The notes beneath the pieces are model-generated. The model was not told the DNA's origin and made no database searches. It saw nothing but the letters and a program-made list of their open reading frames with translations. The translations under genes and the position numbers were made by a program. DNA of 16,115 bases, from contig CAZYLP010000081.1 of the NCBI GenBank assembly GCA_964648345.1, forward strand, positions 1-16,115, written 5' to 3'. Positions 13,534 through 16,115 of the stretch are shown piece by piece (position 1 is the first letter of the stretch; each line of letters starts with the position of its first letter). This stretch comes from an uncultured Planctomycetota bacterium (GTDB taxonomy: Bacteria > Planctomycetota > J058 > JACQDU01).

Positions 13534-16115
13534 TCACTTCTTCGGCGCGAGCTCCGCGAGGACCGTCCGCGCCCAGGGCGCATGAGGCCCGTTCGGCTCG
13601 ACCTCGAGCAGGAGCCGCACGTCGGCGAGCGCCGCCTCCCTCTGACCGAGGAGGCGTCGCCCGCCGGCCCGCGCCATGAGCGCGACCGGGAGGCGCGGCT
13701 CGAGCGCGAGCGCGTCCGTCGCATCCGCGGTGCCTCCTTCGAGGTCTCCCTTGGCGACCTTCGCGACGGCCCGGCGCGCGAGGAACCGTGCGCGGTCGGC
13801 CGGAGCCGCTCTCTCGAGGAGCCCCGTCAGGTCCGCGATCGCCGCGTCGTGGTCGAGGAGCGCGGTCAGGGCCGCGGCGCGCAGCTCGACGGCATCCGTC
13901 CGCGAAGCGTCGAGCTTGATGGCCTCGCTGTAGGCTTGCACCGCCGCCTCGAACTCGCGCCCCTGCGCGAGCCGCGACCCGAGCTGGACGAGCGACTCGG
14001 CGTCGCGGTCGCCCTCGATCTTCGCCACGGCCCACTCGTGGAGGAGCGCGTAGCGCTGATCCCGGGGCCCGATGACCGACGCGAGGCGCTTCAGGTCCGC
14101 GCGCGCGGAGGCCTTGTCGCCGAGGCCGGCGTACGCGGAGGCGCGCTGGAGGAGGGCCAACGGATCGGCGGTGTGAGCGGCGAGGACCGCCGAGAAGTCC
14201 TCGACCGCTCCCTTGTACTCGCCGGCCTGGAGGCGCATGATCCCGCGGTCCCGGTGCAGCTCGATGAGCCCCGCGTCCTCGGCCTTCTCGATGAGGGCGG
14301 TGTAGATCGCGATCGCCTCGTCGTACCTCTTGAGGAGGTAGAGCGCCCCGGCGCGCCCGCGGAGCGCGCGTATCTCCGTGGGAGCCTGCGCGAGGGCCTT
14401 GTCGAAGTCCTCGAGCGCGTCGGTCCCGCGGTGGCCCGTGAGGCGCGCCAGTCCTCGCTGGACCCACGCCTCGGGGTTCGATGGCGCGAGCGCGATCGCG
14501 CTCGTGCTCGCGGCCACGGCGCCGTCGATGTCGCCCGCCTCGCGGCGGCGCTCGGCGGTCGCGATGAGCTGGTCCGCGGGGCCGGAGCTCGCGAGACGCT
14601 CGAGCGCGCGCGCGACCTCCTCGGCCTCCTCGGAGCCCGGAGGCGCGAGCTCGAGCTGCGCTCTCAGGTCCGCGCGCGCCTCCGCGACACGCCCGAGCAA
14701 CTCCTTGATCCGGGCACGTCCGCGGAGCGCGGGCCGGTACGTCGAGACGAGCTCGAGCGAGCGATCGAGGTCCTCGAGCGCGCCGCGGAGGTCGTTCGTG
14801 CGCGACCGGAGCTTCGCCCGGTTGGCGAAGAGCTCGTGCCGGTCCTGCCGGGACGAATCTGCGAGGAGCGCCGTGTGGGCCGGCACCCCGCGCCTCCAGT
14901 CGTCCATGAAGAAGTAGACGTCGGCGCGGCCGCGGAGCGCGTTCGGGTCGCCGGGCACGAGCTCGAGCGCGGCCGCGAAGTCGCTCTCGGCCTCGGCGTA
15001 CCGTCCGAGCTGGAGGTGGGCGGTGCCGCGCGCGGACCAGGCGGCGGCGTTCGCGGGCTCGCGCTCGAGCGCGCTCGTGAGCGCGGCGACCGCCTCCTCG
15101 AAGCGCCTCGCCTCGAACAGCGCGATGGCCTCGGCGGCCGAGAGCGGCTTCGCGGCCTTGACGGCCGTCGGGGGCGAAGGGCTCGCCGGAGGACGAGCCG
15201 GCGGCGGCGGAGGAGCGTGAGCCCGCAACCCCGCCGCGATGGCGGCGACGAGACCGGCGACGCCGGCGACGAGGAGTGCCGGGAGGAGAGGCGACCGGCG
15301 GCGCGTCCGCCCCTGCTCGAGCGCATCGCGGAGCGCGGCCGCGTCCTTCGGCCGGAACGAGGGGTCGCGATCGAGGGACCGCTCGACGATCCGCGCGAGC
15401 CAGGCCGGCGCATCGGGGCACGCGCGCGCGAGCGGCTCGAGCCGGCCGCGCTCGATGCGAGCGACGACCTCGACCGGGTTCGCGCCCGGGAACGCGGGCC
15501 TCCCCGCGAGGGCCTCGTAGAGGATCGCGCCCAGGGAGAAGACGTCGCAGGCCGGCCCGGCGCTCGACGCGTCGCGGAGCTGCTCGGGCGCCGAGTAGCC
15601 GAACGAGCCGAGGAGCGAGCCCGTGGCCGTCAGCCCGCCGCTCGCGCTCCCTCCCGAGACGTCGCGGCGGAAGTGCTTCGCGAGGCCGAGGTCCGCGATG
15701 AGCGGCCTGCCGGCGCGGTCGAAGAGAACGTTCGCGGGCTTCAGGTCCCGGTGGACGACGCCCTTCTCGTGCGCGTGCGCGATCGAGCCCGCGAGCGCGA
15801 GCCCGAGCTCGAGCGCGTCGCGCCACGGGACCGGCGCCCCGAGCCGCTCGGCGAGCGTGCCCCCTTCGAGGAGCGGCATCGCGAACCAGGGTCCCTCGGG
15901 CGCGGTCCCCGAGTCGATGATCGGCACGAAGCCCTCGCGCTCGCCGAGGAGCGCGAGGAGCCGGCGCTCGCGCTCGAAGCGGCCGACCCGGGCGTCGGTC
16001 GGGTCGCCGCCGAGGAGCTTGACGGCGCCCTCGACCTCGCCCCTGCGCGCGCGGGCGACGCCGCCGCTGCCGCCGCGGCCGATCTCGCCGAGGAGCTCCC
16101 AGTCGCCGAGGCGTC
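13534..16115 (-). CDS. Hanks-type Ser/Thr protein kinase with one TM helix and a long C-terminal TPR-repeat domain. 5'-partial: the N-terminus lies beyond the window end
   Basis: Translating the minus strand from the window edge gives the kinase N-lobe (LGEIGRGGSGGVARA glycine loop, AVKLL lysine motif), then AMPLLEGGTL hinge, HRDLKPANVLF catalytic loop, DLG (DFG-like) and SAPE motifs. TM segment LLPALLVAGVAGLVAAIAAGL. More than 400 aa of TPR-like Ala/Leu/Arg repeats ending LAELAPKK. The track's start at 15927 is an internal GTG. Stop codon at 13534-13536. Confidence 0.85.
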   Translation of the reverse strand, partial: RLGDWELLGEIGRGGSGGVARARRGEVEGAVKLLGGDPTDARVGRFERERRLLALLGEREGFVPIIDSGTAPEGPWFAMPLLEGGTLAERLGAPVPWRDALELGLALAGSIAHAHEKGVVHRDLKPANVLFDRAGRPLIADLGLAKHFRRDVSGGSASGGLTATGSLLGSFGYSAPEQLRDASSAGPACDVFSLGAILYEALAGRPAFPGANPVEVVARIERGRLEPLARACPDAPAWLARIVERSLDRDPSFRPKDAAALRDALEQGRTRRRSPLLPALLVAGVAGLVAAIAAGLRAHAPPPPPARPPASPSPPTAVKAAKPLSAAEAIALFEARRFEEAVAALTSALEREPANAAAWSARGTAHLQLGRYAEAESDFAAALELVPGDPNALRGRADVYFFMDDWRRGVPAHTALLADSSRQDRHELFANRAKLRSRTNDLRGALEDLDRSLELVSTYRPALRGRARIKELLGRVAEARADLRAQLELAPPGSEEAEEVARALERLASSGPADQLIATAERRREAGDIDGAVAASTSAIALAPSNPEAWVQRGLARLTGHRGTDALEDFDKALAQAPTEIRALRGRAGALYLLKRYDEAIAIYTALIEKAEDAGLIELHRDRGIMRLQAGEYKGAVEDFSAVLAAHTADPLALLQRASAYAGLGDKASARADLKRLASVIGPRDQRYALLHEWAVAKIEGDRDAESLVQLGSRLAQGREFEAAVQAYSEAIKLDASRTDAVELRAAALTALLDHDAAIADLTGLLERAAPADRARFLARRAVAKVAKGDLEGGTADATDALALEPRLPVALMARAGGRRLLGQREAALADVRLLLEVEPNGPHAPWARTVLAELAPKK

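Noticed and set aside
13700-15100. Apparent periodic DNA repetition in the TPR-coding region
   Set aside because: The periodicity comes from tandem TPR codons (Ala/Leu/Arg/Glu repeats at about 34-aa spacing). It is not a CRISPR array or a non-coding tandem repeat, and no spacer-repeat architecture is present.
13502-15826. 774-aa minus-strand ORF in an alternate frame of the kinase/TPR gene, and plus-strand ORFs 14378-14917, 15239-15520 and 15276-15701
   Set aside because: Extremely Arg/Ala/Gly-rich with no motifs. The overlapping frame with HRDLKPANV, APE and TPR repeats is the real gene.
1-16115. Mobile elements, integrases, CRISPR arrays, rRNA
   Set aside because: No transposase- or integrase-like ORFs, no terminal inverted repeats beyond short operator-like palindromes, no repeat-spacer arrays, and no rRNA-like conserved stretches were seen.

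Overview
This is a very GC-rich (~70%) bacterial chromosomal window with no rRNA, tRNA, CRISPR array or transposase. The dense signalling and secreted content (Hanks kinase fused to TPR repeats, signal peptides, HEAT repeats) fits a high-GC deltaproteobacterium or myxobacterium-type genome, but that is a guess. I call 17 protein-coding genes, one of them truncated by the window edge.

The main result is gene 3167-5218 (+). Its 683-aa product aligns along its whole length to the eukaryotic major vault protein (MVP): N-terminal MVP repeats, the shoulder domain and the cap-helix coiled coil. It is immediately followed by a co-oriented SRPBCC-fold gene. MVP homologues in bacteria are rare and uncharacterised, so this locus is the best candidate in the window for an undescribed system: a bacterial vault-like particle with a partner protein.

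Other points worth a second look:
- A two-gene membrane module at 9078-10862, in which two otherwise unrelated proteins end in the same 11-residue tail (TS-x-G-[FI]-LGA-[LI]-GR-stop). The second protein carries a HExxH...E zincin motif.
- An AT-rich divergent intergenic region (8848-9077) with three palindromes directly upstream of that module.
- A slightly lower-GC islet (about 5790-7550) of small hypothetical genes plus an orphan receiver-domain protein.
- A perfect 8-bp-stem hairpin 16 nt upstream of the MVP start codon, and 11-bp direct repeats at 20-bp spacing in the same divergent promoter region.

The remaining genes are ordinary high-GC content: a periplasmic redoxin plus beta-propeller/di-haem cytochrome c peroxidase operon, a SAM-dependent methyltransferase, a secreted App1/LNS2-like HAD phosphatase, and an Nfu_N-HEAT repeat protein. 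Many long ORFs in the track are GC-driven antisense or alternate-frame artefacts and were rejected.
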